Positions 36,150 to 49,682 of a DNA stretch of 64,000 nt are shown piece by piece (position 1 is the first letter of the stretch; each line of letters starts with the position of its first letter). The notes beneath the pieces are model-generated. The model saw nothing but the letters and a program-made list of their open reading frames with translations, ran no database searches and was not told where the DNA came from. This DNA comes from Mobula hypostoma (lineage: Eukaryota). Made by a program: the position numbers and the translations under genes. Where the stretch lies: contig NC_086104.1 in assembly GCF_963921235.1 (NCBI RefSeq), positions 3,348,001-3,412,000 on the forward strand, given 5' to 3'.

Positions 36150-38040
36150 GGGAAAATCAAGTTGGCTCTGGATCCCAGAAGGGGGAATTTTTAGAATGCC
36201 CATGAGATGGCTTTTCAGAGCAGCTCATGGTTGAGCCCAATAGGGAATCAGCTGTTCCGTATTGGGTGTTGTGCCATGAGCTGGAATTGATTAGAGAGAT
36301 TAAGGTAAAAGAACCCTGAGTCATGGTGATCTTCATATGATACAATTCACCTTGCAATTTGAGAAGGAGAAACTAAAATCAAATATACTGTATCAATATT
36401 ACAGAGGAGTAAAGGGAATTATAGAGGTATGAGAGAGGAGCTGGCCAAAATTGATTGGAAAAGAACTCTGGTAGGACTGACAGCAGAGCAACAATGGCTA
36501 GAGTTTCTGGAAGCAATCTGGTAGCTGAAGGATATATAGATCCTGAAGAGGAAGAATATTTTAAAGGCAAGGTGATACAGCTGTAGTTAACAAGAGAAGT
36601 CAAAACCAACATAAGAGAAAGCATATAATAGAGCAACAATTGTGGGTGGTTAGAAGATTGGGAAACTTTTAAAAACCAACAGAAGGCAACTTAAAAATTA
36701 TGAAGGAAAAGATGAAATATGAAGGTAAGCTAGCCAATAATGTTAAAGATTTCTACGGGTACATAAATTGTAAAAGAGAGGTGAGAGTCGATATCGGGCC
36801 ATTGGAAAATGATGCTGGAGAGGCAATAATTGAGAACAAGGAAATGGCAGACACACTGATTAAATATTTTGCATCAGGCTTCACTGTGAAAGCCTATAGC
36901 AATATGCCAGGAGTTTGAGAGTGTCAGGGAGCAACAGCGTGTGAAGTTGCCATTAGCAGGGAGAAGGTTCTTAGGAAACTGAAATGTCTGAAGTAGATAA
37001 GGCTCCTGGACCAGACAGTATATGCCACAGGGTTCTAAAAGAGGTGGCTGACGAGACTGTGGAGGCAATAATAATGATCTTTAAATTCGATTGATTCTGG
37101 CATGATTCCAGGTGAATAGAAAATTACAAATGTCACTCCACTTTTCAAGAGTGGTAGGGAAGATGTGTTAGAGTCGATTGTTAAGGATGTGGTTTCAGGG
37201 AACTTGGAGGCACATGAGGAAGTAGGCCATAGTCCCTATGGCTTCATCAAAGGAAAATCTTGCTTGTTAAACCTGTTGGAATTCTTTGAAGAAATAACAA
37301 ACAATATAGACAAAGGAGAATTGGTGGATGCTGTGTACCTGAATTTTCAGAAGGCCTTAGACAAAGTACCACACATGAGGTTGTTTAACAAGAGCCCTTG
37401 GTATTACAGAGAAGATTCTAGCATGGATAATACAGTGGCTGGTTGGCAGGAGGCAAAGAGTGGAATTAAGGGGGACTTTCCTGGTTGCCTGCCGGTGACT
37501 AGTGATATTTCACAGGGGTCAGCATTCGGAACGCTTCTTCTTATGTTGTATGTCAATTAATTGGATGGTGGAATTGATTGCTTTGTGACAAAGTTTGTGG
37601 ATGATATGAGGATAGGTGGATGGGGAGGTAGTTTTGAGGCACAGAGAGGCTAAAGAAAGGCTTTAACAGATTAGGAGAACAGGCATAGAAGTGGCAGATA
37701 GAGTATAGTGTCATTTTGGTAGGAGAAATAAAAGGGTAGACAATTTTCTAAATGAAGATGAAAGTCAGAGTTGCAAAGGGACTTGAGAGTGACCTCATTG
37801 AAACCTCTTGAATATTGAAAGGCTTCGACAGAGTGGATGTGGAGAGGGTGTTTCCTGTGGTAGGGGAATCTAAGACCAGAGGATATCGTCTCAAAATAGA
37901 GGGGCATTATTTAATAACAAAGATTAGGAGGAATTTCATTAGCCAGAGAGTGGTGAATCTGTGGAATTTGTTGTCACAGGGATCTGTGGAAACTAAGTTA
38001 TTGGGTATTTTTAAGGAAGAGGTTGATAGTTTCTTGATTA
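36150..38040 (+). mobile_element. Decayed CR1 ORF2
   Basis: ORFs 36700-36918, 37165-37560 and 37815-38195 carry CR1 RT and C-terminal motifs. The tail resumes after 39209. Confidence 0.85.
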
Positions 38041-39208
38041 AAACCATAGAAACCATAGAAACTACAGCACAGAAACAGGCCTTTTGGCCCTTCTTGGCTG
38101 GGCTGAACCATTTTCTGCCTAGTCCCACTGACCTGCACACAGACCATATCCCTCCATACACCTCCCATCCATGTATCTGTCCAATTTATCCTTAAATGTT
38201 ATAAAAGAACCCGCATTTACCACCTCATCTGGTAGCTCATTCCATACTCCCACCACTCTCTGTGTGAAGAAGCCCCCCCCAATGTTCCCTTTAAACCTTT
38301 CCCCCCTCACCCTAAACCCATGTCCTCTGGTTTTTTTCTCCCCTTGCCTCAGTGGAAAAAGCCTGCTTGCATTCACTCTATCTATACCCATCGTAATTTT
38401 ATATACCTGTATCAAATCTCCCGTCATTCTTCTACGCTCCAGGGAATAAAGTCCCAACCTATTCAACCTTTCTCTGTAACTAAGTTTCTCAAGTCCCGGC
38501 AACATCCTTGTAAACCTTCTCTGCACTCTTTCAACCTTATTTATATCCTTCCTGTAATTTGGTGACCAAAACTGAACACAATACTCCAGATTCGGCCTCA
38601 CCAATGCCTTATACAACCTCATCATAACATTCCAGCTCTTATACTCAATACTTTGATTAATAAAGGCCAATGTACCAAAAGCTCTCTTTACGACCCTATC
38701 TACCTGTGACGCCACTTCTAGGGAATTTTGTATCTGCATTCCCAGATCCCTCTGTTCCACTGCACTCCTCAGTGCCTTACCATTAACCCTGTATGTTCTA
38801 CCTTGGTTTGTCCTTCCAACGTGCAATACCTCACACTTGTCAGTATTAAACTCCATCTCCCATTTTTTAGCCCATTTTTCCAGCTGGTCCAAGTCCCTCT
38901 GCAGGCTCTGAAAACCTTCCTCACTGTCTACTACACCTCCAATCTTTGTATCATCAGCAAACTTGCTGATCCAATTTACCACACTATCATCCAGATCATT
39001 GATATAGATGACAAATAACAATGGACCCAGCACTGATCCCTGTGGCACACCACTAGTCACAGGCCTCCACTCGGAGAAGCAATTCTCTACCACCACTCTC
39101 TGGCTTCTTCCATCAAGCCAATGTCTAATCCAATTTACCACCTCTCCATGTATACCTAGCGACTGAATTTTCCTAACTAACCTCCCATGCGGGACCTTGT
39201 CAAAGGTC
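38041..39208 (-). mobile_element. Young 5'-truncated CR1 (same subfamily as 15486-17855)
   Basis: Open 363-aa ORF 38119-39210 (PQGSVLGP, FADD), (CTATGGTTT)n tail and ATTA TSD at 38037-38040 / 39209-39212. Confidence 0.95.
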
Positions 39209-39539
39209 ATTAGTCAGGACATGTAGGGATACGAGGAGAAGGTAGGAGATTTGGGCTGAGAGGGAATGTGGGTCAGCTATGATGATATGGCAAAGCAGAG
39301 TCGATGGGCCAAATGGCCTAATTCTGCACCTAAATCTTACGGTCTTTTGGTCTTATTGAGTAAAATAAAAGTGACTTCATACATATTGAGGAGGGAGCTG
39401 TAAAAAATCAGCGCTTTGTAGTCACATTTTTCAGACTTTTAACAAGGTCCAATCAGAGTTTGAAGGTGAAAAGAAAGAGTGACATCACCCACGTCGAGGA
39501 GGGCGCTTTACAAAATAAGCACTTTGTAAAACTCTGAAA

Positions 39540-39720
39540 CCCTCCCCCTCCCACTTTCAAATCCCTTACTCACTCTTCCTTCAGTTAGTCCTGACGAAGG
39601 GTCTCGGCCTGAAACGTCCACTGCACCTCTTCCTACAGATGCTGCCTGGCCTGCTGCGTTCACCAGCAACTTTTATGTGTGTTGCTTGAATTTCCAGCAT
39701 CTGCAGAATTCCTGTTGTGT
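39540..39720 (+). mobile_element. Short Penelope-derived insert with hammerhead motif (39585-39624)
   Basis: Near-identical to 7710-7893; CTGACGA at 39591-39597 and GAAACGTC at 39611-39618. Confidence 0.85.
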
Positions 39721-40295
39721 GCAGATGAAAATGTAGATGGGTAGGTTCAAAGTTTGCTGATGATACCAAGATTGGTGGAGTTGTGGATAATGTAGAGGAC
39801 CGGCAAAAAAGTATAATGTGATATAGATTAGTTGCAAATATGGGCAGATAAATGTCAGACAGAGTTCAACCCAAATAAATGTGAGGTGTTACACCTTGGT
39901 AGGCTAAGCCCTTTAACAGTGCTGCCCAGCAGAGGGATTTTGGGGTCCAAGGTCAGAGCTTCATGAAAGTGGCTACACAGCTTGATATGATGTTTCAAGA
40001 GGCTAATGGAATATTTTCTTTATTGCAAATTTGGTTTTTTTTTTGGAGTGACAGAGGCTGATGGGAGATCTGATAGAGGTTTACAGGATTATGAGAGACA
40101 AAGATACAGTGGACAGGAAGTATCTTTATCCCAGGATAAAAATGCTTAATAGCAGAGGGCATGTATTGAAGATGAGAGAAGGTCAGCTCAAAGGAGATGT
40201 GAAGGGTAAACTTTTTATTCAGAGAGCGGAATGCACGGTCTGGTATTGTGGTGGAGGCAAATACATTAGAGGGTTTTAAGACACATTCAGATGAA

Positions 40296-40820
40296 TTATT
40301 ATTATTATTATTACTTGTCGCCAAACAATTGATACTAGAGTGTACAATCATCACAGCGACATTTGATTTTGCGCTTCGCACTCCCTGGAGTACAAATCGA
40401 TATTAAATATAATAAAAATTTAAATTGTAAAGGATAAGTAGAAAATAGAAAAGGGAAAGTAAGGTAGTGCCAAAAAAACTAAGAGGCAGGTCCGGATATT
40501 TGGAGGGCATGGCCCAGATCCGGGTCAGGATCCGTTCAGCAGTCTAATCGCAGTTGGAAAGAAGCTGTTCCCAAATCTGGCTGTATGAGTCTTCAAGTTC
40601 CTGAACCTTCTCCCGGAGGGAAGAGGGACGAAAAGTGTGTTGGCTGGGTGGGTCGTGTCCTTGATTATCCTGGCAGTACTGCTCCAACAGCGTGCGGTGT
40701 AAAGTGAGTCCAAGGACGGAAGATTGGTTTGTGTGATGTGCTGCGCCATGTTCACGATCTTCTGCAGCTTCTTCCGGTCTTGGACAGGACAACTTCCATA
40801 CCAGGTTGTGATGCACCCTA
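40296..40820 (-). mobile_element. Rex1/Babar-like LINE 3' end
   Basis: ORF 40525-40755 (HPANTLFVPLPSGRRFR...NSFFPTAIRLLN) and a (TAA)n tail. Confidence 0.85.
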
Positions 40821-40849
40821 TGATAGTAAGCTCGGCAATAATATCAAAA

Positions 40850-41620
40850 ATGATACCAAAAGTTAGTTTAGATAACTAAAAAGTTTAAAAAAGAGGCAAA
40901 AGTAGATATTGGACCACTGAGAAATGATGCTGAAGAGATAGTAACTGGAGACAAGGAAATGGTGGATGACCTGAATCAGTATTTTGTATCAGTCTTCACT
41001 ATGGCAGACACTGGTAGTATACCTGAAATTCGAGAGTATCGGGGGCAGAAGTGAATACACTTGATATTACTAAGTAGATGGTGCCTGGGAAACTGTAAGG
41101 GCTGAAGTTACATAAGTCATCCGGACATGATGGACTACAACCTAGGGTTCTTAAAGAAGTAGCTGAAGAGATTATGGAGGCATTAATATTGAATTTTCAA
41201 GAATCATAGAATCGGGAATGGTTCTGGAGGACTGGAAAATGCACAGAGGCAGAAGAAAGGAAATTATAGGCCAGTTAGCCCGACCTCAGTGGTTGGGAAG
41301 ATGTTGGAGTTGATTGTTAAGGATGTGGTGTCAGGGTACTTGGAGGCATGTGATAAAATAGGCCAAGATCAGCATGGTTTCCTTAAGGGAATATCTTGCT
41401 TGAGAAATTTCTTGAAATTCTTTGAAAAAATAACAAGCAGGATAGATAAAGGAGAATCAGTGAATGTTGTGCACTTGGATTTTTAAAAGTCTTCCACAAG
41501 CTGCTGGACAAGAGGATGCTAAACAAGATAATAGCCCAGGGAGTTACTGGAAAGACAGAAGCATGGACAGAGCATTGGCTGATGGCAGGAGACAGAGTTT
41601 GGGAATAAAGGGATCCGTCG
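40850..41620 (+). mobile_element. Decayed CR1 RT fragment
   Basis: QHGFLKGISCL and VHLDF motifs (ORF 41289-41486). Confidence 0.8.
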
Positions 41621-43095
41621 CCATCACTTCCAACTGCTGCAGATTGTGATGATGTTAACAAATTGTCACTAGTTTGACACCAGTTTGCTGATCTTGGCCT
41701 CCATTCAAACAAAAACATTCCGCAGCAGCACAGTACGTGGGTATGGAGCCAGAGGCGTTCGTAGTGCACTCAGATAGTCAAAAGCTAGTTCCTCCTCTGC
41801 GGATGTTTTTAAAGATCAACGGCAGACCCATTCCCTTTGAACCTGACACTGGTGCTATTACTGTCTGCAGTGAAAAGACATGGGTAGATATGTTTGGCCC
41901 TGGCTCTTTGAAGACAGTTACACCACCGCATCACAGATTGAAAACCTACATGGGGGAACAGTTACAGCTGCTTGGTTGTGGCGGGGCATTAAAATCAATC
42001 ACACCAAATACCAGGGTGTATCACTGAGGGAGAAGAAGTGAACTTACTTGGATGTGATTGGCGGCAGCAAGTGCCCATACTGGGTGAGTATCAGTTGAAA
42101 ACTCTCATGATGGTCGAAAGCTTACTCAAGCGGTATAACTTCTTTTCAGCAATCTGAACGAAGGTAAACTCAAGGATACCCAGATACCTCTTCCAGAATC
42201 AGGCACAGCCAAGCCAGAGTTTTTCAACCATCCCCTGCCATACATGCTTTGTCCCAAAGCCGAGGTGGAGCTAACACGCTTACAAGAAAACAGGATCGTT
42301 GAACCTGTGAGATTTTCACTCTGAGTAACTCTGATTGTGCCAGTAGTCAAGAATGAATGGAGCGTGTGAATATGGAGATTACAAGGCCACAGTGAATCGA
42401 GACCTTCCCACCGAGACAAACCAGATTCTGAAGATAGAAGACATGCGTATGAATATGGAGATTACAAGGCCACAGTGAATCGGGACCTTCCCACCGAGAC
42501 AAACCAGATTCTGAAGATAGAAGACATGCGTATGAATATGGAGATTACAAGGCCACAGTGAATCGGGACCTTCCCACTGAGACAAACCAGATTCTGAAGA
42601 TCGAGGGCATCTAAGCCACACTAGCAGGTGGAAAATTCTTCACTAAACTTGACCTCTCACATGCACACTCACAGCTCAAGTTGGAGAACAGTGCAAGACG
42701 TCATTACTATTGCAACACTCAAAGGCTTGCTCCAGTATACCAGGCTCTCGTTCACATAGATACATCTCCAGCAATATTCCAACATGCCAGAGAATTTTGC
42801 ATTAAAGACCTGCCTGATGCTATAGATTATTTGGATGATATTCTGATTCCCAGGTCGACCCCAGAAGAGTAAATGAATGATCTTGATAAAGTCATCTCCC
42901 AACTGAAGCAACTTGGTCTATGACTAAAGCACACAAAATGCATCTTTCTGGTAGATCCTGCAGAATACCTTTGATATCCGATCAAAGAAAAGCTTTGCCC
43001 CATTCTTGAAGCTCTAGCACCATGGAATATCAATGAACTTCACTCCTTTTCGGGCGTTTAATCATTATGACAGATTTTTGCCTCACATTGCAATA
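41620..43095 (+). mobile_element. Decayed Ty3/Gypsy pol fragment (PR-RT), a different lineage from the Gmr1-like element
   Basis: INGRPIPFEPDTGA protease, GDYKATVN, KFFTKLDLSHA and YLDDILI RT motifs across several frames. Confidence 0.85.
42366..42610 (+). repeat. 83-bp unit tandem triplication
   Basis: TGGAGATTACAAGG starts at 42373, 42456 and 42539. The units differ at only a few positions. Confidence 0.95.
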
Positions 43096-43635
43096 TATAA
43101 TCCCGTTATGAAACATACATTAAGAATTTGGTTTCAGTTTTGTAGATTTTTTGAGTTAAATAATTTTATTCTTTCTATTAATATTTATCTTAATTATTTT
43201 TTAAACCATCAATTTTGGATAAGGCCTTTTTAATTTGGAAAACCAAGGGAATAATAACTTTTTCAGATTTGTTTTCAGGGGACTGTTTAATGTCTTTTTC
43301 TCAGTTAGTGGATAAATATGATTTATCTAATGTACACTTTTTTTAGATATTTACAAATTAGGAATTTTCTACCTAGTTTGTTACCAAATTACCCTTCCGC
43401 TTATCCAATGAATATGACAGATGTTCTCTTTCAGTTTAAACCATTTCAAAAAGGGTTGTTAGCTATAATCTATAAACGGTTATTGAATTCATGAATGATA
43501 ATTAATGATAAAATTGAACGCACTTGGGTGTCGGAACTTCAAGAGTCATTTTCAGATAATCAATGGAGTAAAATTTTTCATTCGGTTAACAACTCTTCTA
43601 TTAGTGCCCGTCATTCCTTGATACAGTTCAATGTG
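43095..43635 (+). mobile_element. L1/Tx1-clade ORF2 C-terminal fragment
   Basis: NPVMKHTLRIWFQF and NNSSISARHSLIQF match the 11739-12302 ORF. Confidence 0.85.
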
Positions 43636-43882
43636 GAGATCATGGAGGCATCAGCAATGATCTTTCAAGATTCACTACATTCCAGAATGGTTCATAAAAC
43701 AGGAAAATTACAAATGTCACGTCACTGTTCAAGAAAGGAAAGAGGCAGAAAAAAGGAAAATATAGGCCAGCTAGTCTGACGACAGTAGTTTGGAAAACGT
43801 TGGAGTTGATCGTGAAGATGAGGTCTCAAGGTAACTAGAAGCGCATGATAATATAGGCCATAGTCAGCATTGTTTCCTCAAG

Positions 43883-46800
43883 GGTTATTTCTTCAGTGGT
43901 TTGAACGGGGCACGACTGCGAAAGTGCGTGAACGTCAGCCAGTGAAAACAGCAAGAAGAGTTCAAAAGGTGATGGTTATTTCTTCAGCACTTTGAACGGG
44001 GCACAACTGCACAAGCGCGTGGACGTCAACCCGTGAGAACAGTGAGAAGAGTTTAAAAAGAAGATAGATTTATACAGCAGGCGTCAGAGAAGCAGGTAAC
44101 AGAGTAGAGGGAGAAAGAGTAGGAAGGCTTTGGCTCAATGGGGCTTCAGTGATAACGGGTCGAGGTGAGATAGGTTATCTGTGAGAATATAGACAGAAAG
44201 TATGTGTGTGAAGCCGGTTTTCTGTGCTTGGTGTTAGATGCGTAAGGTCCGGGAGAGCCCCAGCTTCCCAGTGGCCACATCTGCACCAGGTGCATTGAGC
44301 TGCAGCTCCTTAGAGACCGTGTTAGGGACTGGAGGTGCAGTTCGATGACCTTTGTCTGGTCAGGGAGAGTGAGGAGGTGATAGAGAGGAGCTATAGGCAG
44401 GCAGTCACTCCGGGGCCTGGGGAGACAGATAACTGGGTAACAGTCAGGAGAGGGAAGGGCAAGAAGCAGATACTAGAGAGTACCCCTGTGGCCGTCCCCC
44501 TTAACAATAAGTACTTTTGTTTGAGTACTGTTGGGGGAGCCGGCCTAGCTGGGGGAAGTAACAGTGGTCACACCTCTGGCACAGAGTCTGGCCCTATGGC
44601 TCAGAAGGGTAGGGAAAGGAAGGAAAGGAAGAGGATGGCAGCAGTGATAGGGGGGTCTATAGTTACAGGGTCAGACAGGTGATTCTGTGGACGTAGGAAA
44701 GAAACGCGGTTGGTAATTTGCCTCCCAAGTGCCAGGATCTGGGATGTTTCTGATCGTGTCCACAATATCTTGAAGTGGGAAGGAGAACAGTCAGACGTTG
44801 TGGTACATATTGGTACTAACGACATAGGTAGGAAAAGGGAGGAGGTCCTGAAAACTGACTATAGGGAGTTAGGAAGGAAATTGAGAAGCAGGACCTCAAA
44901 TGTAGTCATCTCGGGCTTACTGCCTGTGCCAGGTGACAGTGAGTATGAGGATAAATGCGTGGCTGAGGGATTGGAGCAGGGGGCAGGGATTCAGATTTCT
45001 AGATCATTGGGACCTCTTTTGGGACATGTGTGACCTGCACAAAAAGGACAGGTTGCACTTGAATCCCAGGGGGACCAATATCCTGGCAGGGTGGTTTGCT
45101 AAGGCTATTGGGAAGAGTTTAAACTGGAATTGCTGGGGGGTGGGAACCAAACTGATGTGATGGAGGAAAGGGAGATTGGCTCACAAATACAGAAAGCTTC
45201 AGACAGTGTGAAAGGGAGGATAAGCAGATGATAGAGAAGGGACGTGCTCAAACCGATGGTTTGAGATCTGTTTATTTTAATGCGAGGAGTATTATGAACA
45301 AAGCAGATGAGCTTAGAGCGTGGATCAGTATTTGGAGCTATGATGTTGTGGCCATTACAGAGACTTGGATGTTACAGGGGCAGGAATGGCTACTTCAACT
45401 GCCAGGCTTTAGATGTTTCAGAAAGGACAGGGAGGGAGGCAAAAGAGATGGGGGCGTGGCACTGTTGATCAGAGATAGTGTCACAGCTGCAGAAAAGGAG
45501 GAGGTCATGGAGGGGTTGACTACAGAGTCTCTACGGGTGGATATTAGGAGTAGGAATAGGAACTGGGTGTTTTTTATGGACCACCCAATAGTAACAGGGG
45601 AGCAGATAGAGAGACAGATTCTGCAAAGGTGTAATAATAACAGGGTTGTTGTGGTGGGAGATTTTAATTTCCCAAATATTGATTGGTATCTTCCTAGAGT
45701 GAGGGGTTTAAAGGGGTGAAGTTTATTAGGTGTGTTCAGGAAGGTTTCCTGACACAATATGTAGATAAGCCTACAAGAGGAGAGGCTGTACTTCATCTGG
45801 TATTGGGAAATGAACCTGGTCAGGTGTCAGGTCTCGCAGTGGGAGAGCATTTTGGAGGCAGAGATCACAATTCCATCTCTTTTACCATAGCATTGGCGAG
45901 GGATAGGAACAGATAAATTAGGGAAATGTTTAATTGGAGTAAGGGGAAATATGAGGCTATCAGACAGGAACTTGGAAGCATAAATTGGAAACAGATGTCC
46001 TCAGGGAAATGTACGGAAGAAATGTGGCAAATCTTCAGAGGATATTTGCATGGGGTTCTGCATAGATACATTCCAATGAGACAGGGAAAGGATAAAGGAT
46101 GGTAGGGTACAGGAACCATGGTGTACAAAGGCAGTTGTAGATCTAGTCAAGAAGAAAAGAAGAGTTTATGAAAGACTCAAAAAACTATGTAATAATAGAG
46201 ATCTAAAAGATTGTAAGGCTAGCAAGAAGGAGTTTAAGAATGAAATTAGGGGCGCCAGAAGAGGCCATGAGAGGCTTTGGCGGACAGGTTTAAGGAAAAC
46301 TCCAAGGCATTCTGCAAGTATGTGAAGAGCAAGAGGACAAGATGATGTGAGAGAATAGGACCAGTCAAGTGTGACAGTGGAAAAGTGTGTATGGACCCTG
46401 AGGAAATAGCAGAGGTACTTAATGAATACTTTGCTTCAGTATTCACTACGGAAAGGGATCTTGGCGAATGTAGGGATGACTTGCAGCAGACTGAAATGTT
46501 TGAGCATGTAGATATTAAGGAAGAGGATGTGCTGGAGCTTTTGGAAAGCATCAAGTTGGATAAGTCACCAGGACTGGACGAGACGTACCCCAGGCTACTG
46601 TTGGATTCAAGGGATGAGATTGCTGAGTAATGGTCTTTGCATCATCAATGGGGACAGGAGAGGTTCTGAGGATTGGAGGATTACAGCTGTTGTTCCCTTA
46701 TTCAAGAAAGGGAGTAGAGATAGCCCAGGAAATTATAGGCCAGTGAGTCTTACTTCAGTGGTTGGTAATTGATGGAGAAGATCCTGAGAGGCAGGATTTA

Positions 46801-48159
46801 TGAACATTTGGAGAGGTATAATATGATTAGAAATAGTCAGCATGGTTTTGTCAAGGGCAGGTCATGCCTTATGAGGCTGACTGAATTTTTTGAGGATGTG
46901 ACTAAACACATTGATGAAGTTATAGCCAAAGGTGTAGTGTGTATGGATTTCAGCAAGGCATTTGATAAGGTACCCCATGTAAGGCTTATTGAGAAAGTAA
47001 GGAGGCATGGGATCCGAGGGGACATTGCTTTGTGGATCCAGACCTTGCTTGCCCACAGAAGGAAAGGAGTGGTTGTGGACGGGTCATATTCTGCATGGAG
47101 GTCGGTGACCAGTGGTAAGCCTCAGGGATCTGTTCTGCAACCCTGCCCCCACTATTCTTTGTGATTTTTATAAATGACCCGGATGAGGAAGTGGAGGGAT
47201 GGGTTAGTAAATTTGCTGATGACACGAAGGTTGAGGGTGTTGTGGATAGTGTGGAGGGCTGTCAGAGGTTACAGTGGGACATCGATAGGATGCAAAACTG
47301 GACTGAGAAGTGGCAGATGGAGTTCAACCCAGATAAGTGTGAGGTGGTTCATTTTGGTAGGTCAAATATGATGGTCAAATATGTAGGTCAAATATAGCAT
47401 TAATGGTAAGACTGTTGGCAGTGTGGAGGATCAGACAGATCTTGGAGTCTAAGTCCATAGGACACTCAAAGCTGCTGCGCAGGTTGACTCTGTGGTTAAG
47501 AAAGCATACAATGCATTGGTCTTCATCAACCGTGGGATTGAGTTTAAGAGCCGAGGGGTAATGTTCAAGCTAAATAGGACCCTGGGTCAGACCCCACTTG
47601 GAGTACTGTGCTCAATTCTGGTCGCCTCACTATGGAAGGACGTGGAAACCATAGAAAGGGTGCAGAGGAGATTTACAAGAATGTTGCCTGGATTGGGGAG
47701 CATACCTTATGAGAATAGGTTGAATGAACTCAGCCTTTTCTCCTTGGAGTGATGGAGATGAGAGGTGACCTGATAGAGGTGTACAAGATAAGAGGTGTCC
47801 TGATAGAGGTGTACAAGATAATGAGAGGCACTCATCGTGTGGATAGTCAGAGGCTTTTCCCCAGGGCTAAAATGGCTGGCACGAGAGGGCACAGTTTTAA
47901 GGTGCTGGGGAGTAGGTACAGAGGAGATGTCAGAGTAAGCTTTTTATGCAGAGAGTGGTGAGTGCGTGGAATGGGCTGCCGGCAGCGGTGGTGGACGTAG
48001 GTACAATAGGGACTTTTAAGAGACTCCTGGATAGGTATATGGAGCTTAGGAAAATAGAAGGCTATGGGTAAGCCTAGGTAGTTCTAAGGTAAGGACATGT
48101 TCAGTGCAGCGTTGTGGGCTGAAGGGCTTGTATGGTGCTGCAGGTTTTGTATGCTTCTA
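43883..48159 (+). mobile_element. Apparently full-length but decayed CR1 (5' UTR, ORF1 zinc-finger/coiled-coil/SGNH esterase, ORF2, tail), inserted in another CR1
   Basis: Duplicated 5' UTR unit and ORF1 with Cys motifs, VIGGSIV and VVHIGTNDIG. ORF2 runs from 45228 (YFNARS, ITETW) to FADD near 47215. The host CR1 (43635-43882 + 48159-49370) rejoins at QHG.LKG|TNLLDFF. Confidence 0.92.
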
Positions 48160-49682
48160 CAAATTTATTGGATTTCTTTGATGGAATATCAATCAGGAGA
48201 GACAAAGGAGAATTGGTTGATGTTGTGCCCTTGGATTCTCAGAAGTCTTTTGACAAGGTGCCACACATCAGGCTGCTAACAAGCTGCGAGACCACAGTAT
48301 TACAGGAAAGATTCTGGCATGGACAAAGCAGTGACTGATTGGAAAGAGGCAAAGAGTGGGAATAAAGTGAGCCTTTTCTGGTCGGCTTCCAGCGACTCGT
48401 GATGTTCTACAGTGGTCTGCGTTGGGTCTGATTCTTCTTACATTATATGTCAGTGATTTGGATCATAGGTGGAGAGGCAGGTCGTTTTGAGGAGGTAGAG
48501 ACGCTACAAAAGGACTTTGACAGAATAGGAGAGTGGGCAAAGAAATGGCAGATGGAATATAATGTCGGGAAGTGTATGGTCATGCACTTTGGTGCAACAA
48601 ATTAAAAAAATGACTATTTTCTAAATGGAGAGAAAATACAAAAAAATCTCAAGTGCAAAGGGAGTTAGGAATCCTTCTGCAGGATTCCCTGAAGCTTCAT
48701 ATGCAGGTTGAGTATGTGGTGAGGATGGCAAATGCAATATTAGCAATCATTTCAACAGGACTAGAATATAAAAGCAAGGATGTAATGTTGAAACTTTGTA
48801 AAGCACTGGTGAAGCTTTACTTGAAGTATTGTGAGCAGGTTTCAACCCTTTACCTTTGAAAGGATGTGCTGAAACCAGAGAGGGTTCAAAGGAGATTCAG
48901 AAAACGATTTCAGGATTGAATGGCTTGTCATATGAAGAGTGTTTGATGGCTCTAGGAATGAAGCCTGGCCTCACTGTCAACTGATGATCGGCCTTGATAG
49001 AGTGGATATGGAGAGGATGTTTCCTGTGGTGGGAGAGTCATGGACCAGAGGACACAATCTCAAAATAGAGAGGCATCCCTTTAGAACGGAGATGAGGAGG
49101 AATTTCTTTAGCCAGGGAGCAGAGAATCTGTGGATTTCATTGGCACAGGCAGCTGTAGAGGTGTAGAGGCCAGGTCTTTATGTACATTTAAGGAAGAGGT
49201 TGATAGATTCTTGATTGGTCAGGGCATGAAGAGATATGGGGAGAAGGATAGAGATTGGGGCTGAGAGGGCAATTAGATCAGTTATGATGAAATGGAAGAG
49301 CAGACTTGATGGGCCAAATGGTCTAATTCTGCCCCTATATCTTAAGGTCTTCTGGTCTTATGAACATAGAACTGGTCTTCCGATCTTATCCTTGCAAGTG
49401 GAACAAATGCCCTACCTACCCCGACACGTCCTCCCTCACTACCATTCAGGGCCCCAGAGAGTCTTTCCAGGGAGCTGACAATTCTTGACCGTCAGGGGCT
49501 TTCAGAAGTGCTGAGAGACCTTGCCAGCTTTGACAAGGGTGCAGTGGAGATTTGGCTCCTACCCTCGGCTTTCAGAGGAATTCTGTAGACAGGGCCTGTT
49601 CTCTCCAATTCCGTGTCTCAGTAACAGTGTTCGAAACCAGGTCCCCCACACAGCACCTTCATCCACCCACCTCCCTCAAGCA

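Noticed and set aside
24038-42610. CRISPR-like interpretation of the regular repeats (24-bp and 83-bp arrays)
   Set aside because: The units are head-to-tail with no unique spacers, there are no cas genes, and the context is eukaryotic.
47370-47820. Small tandem duplications in the full-length CR1 (GGTCAAATAT x3 near 47380; 30-bp unit x2 at 47761-47820)
   Set aside because: Ordinary slippage in a dead element, with no functional implication.
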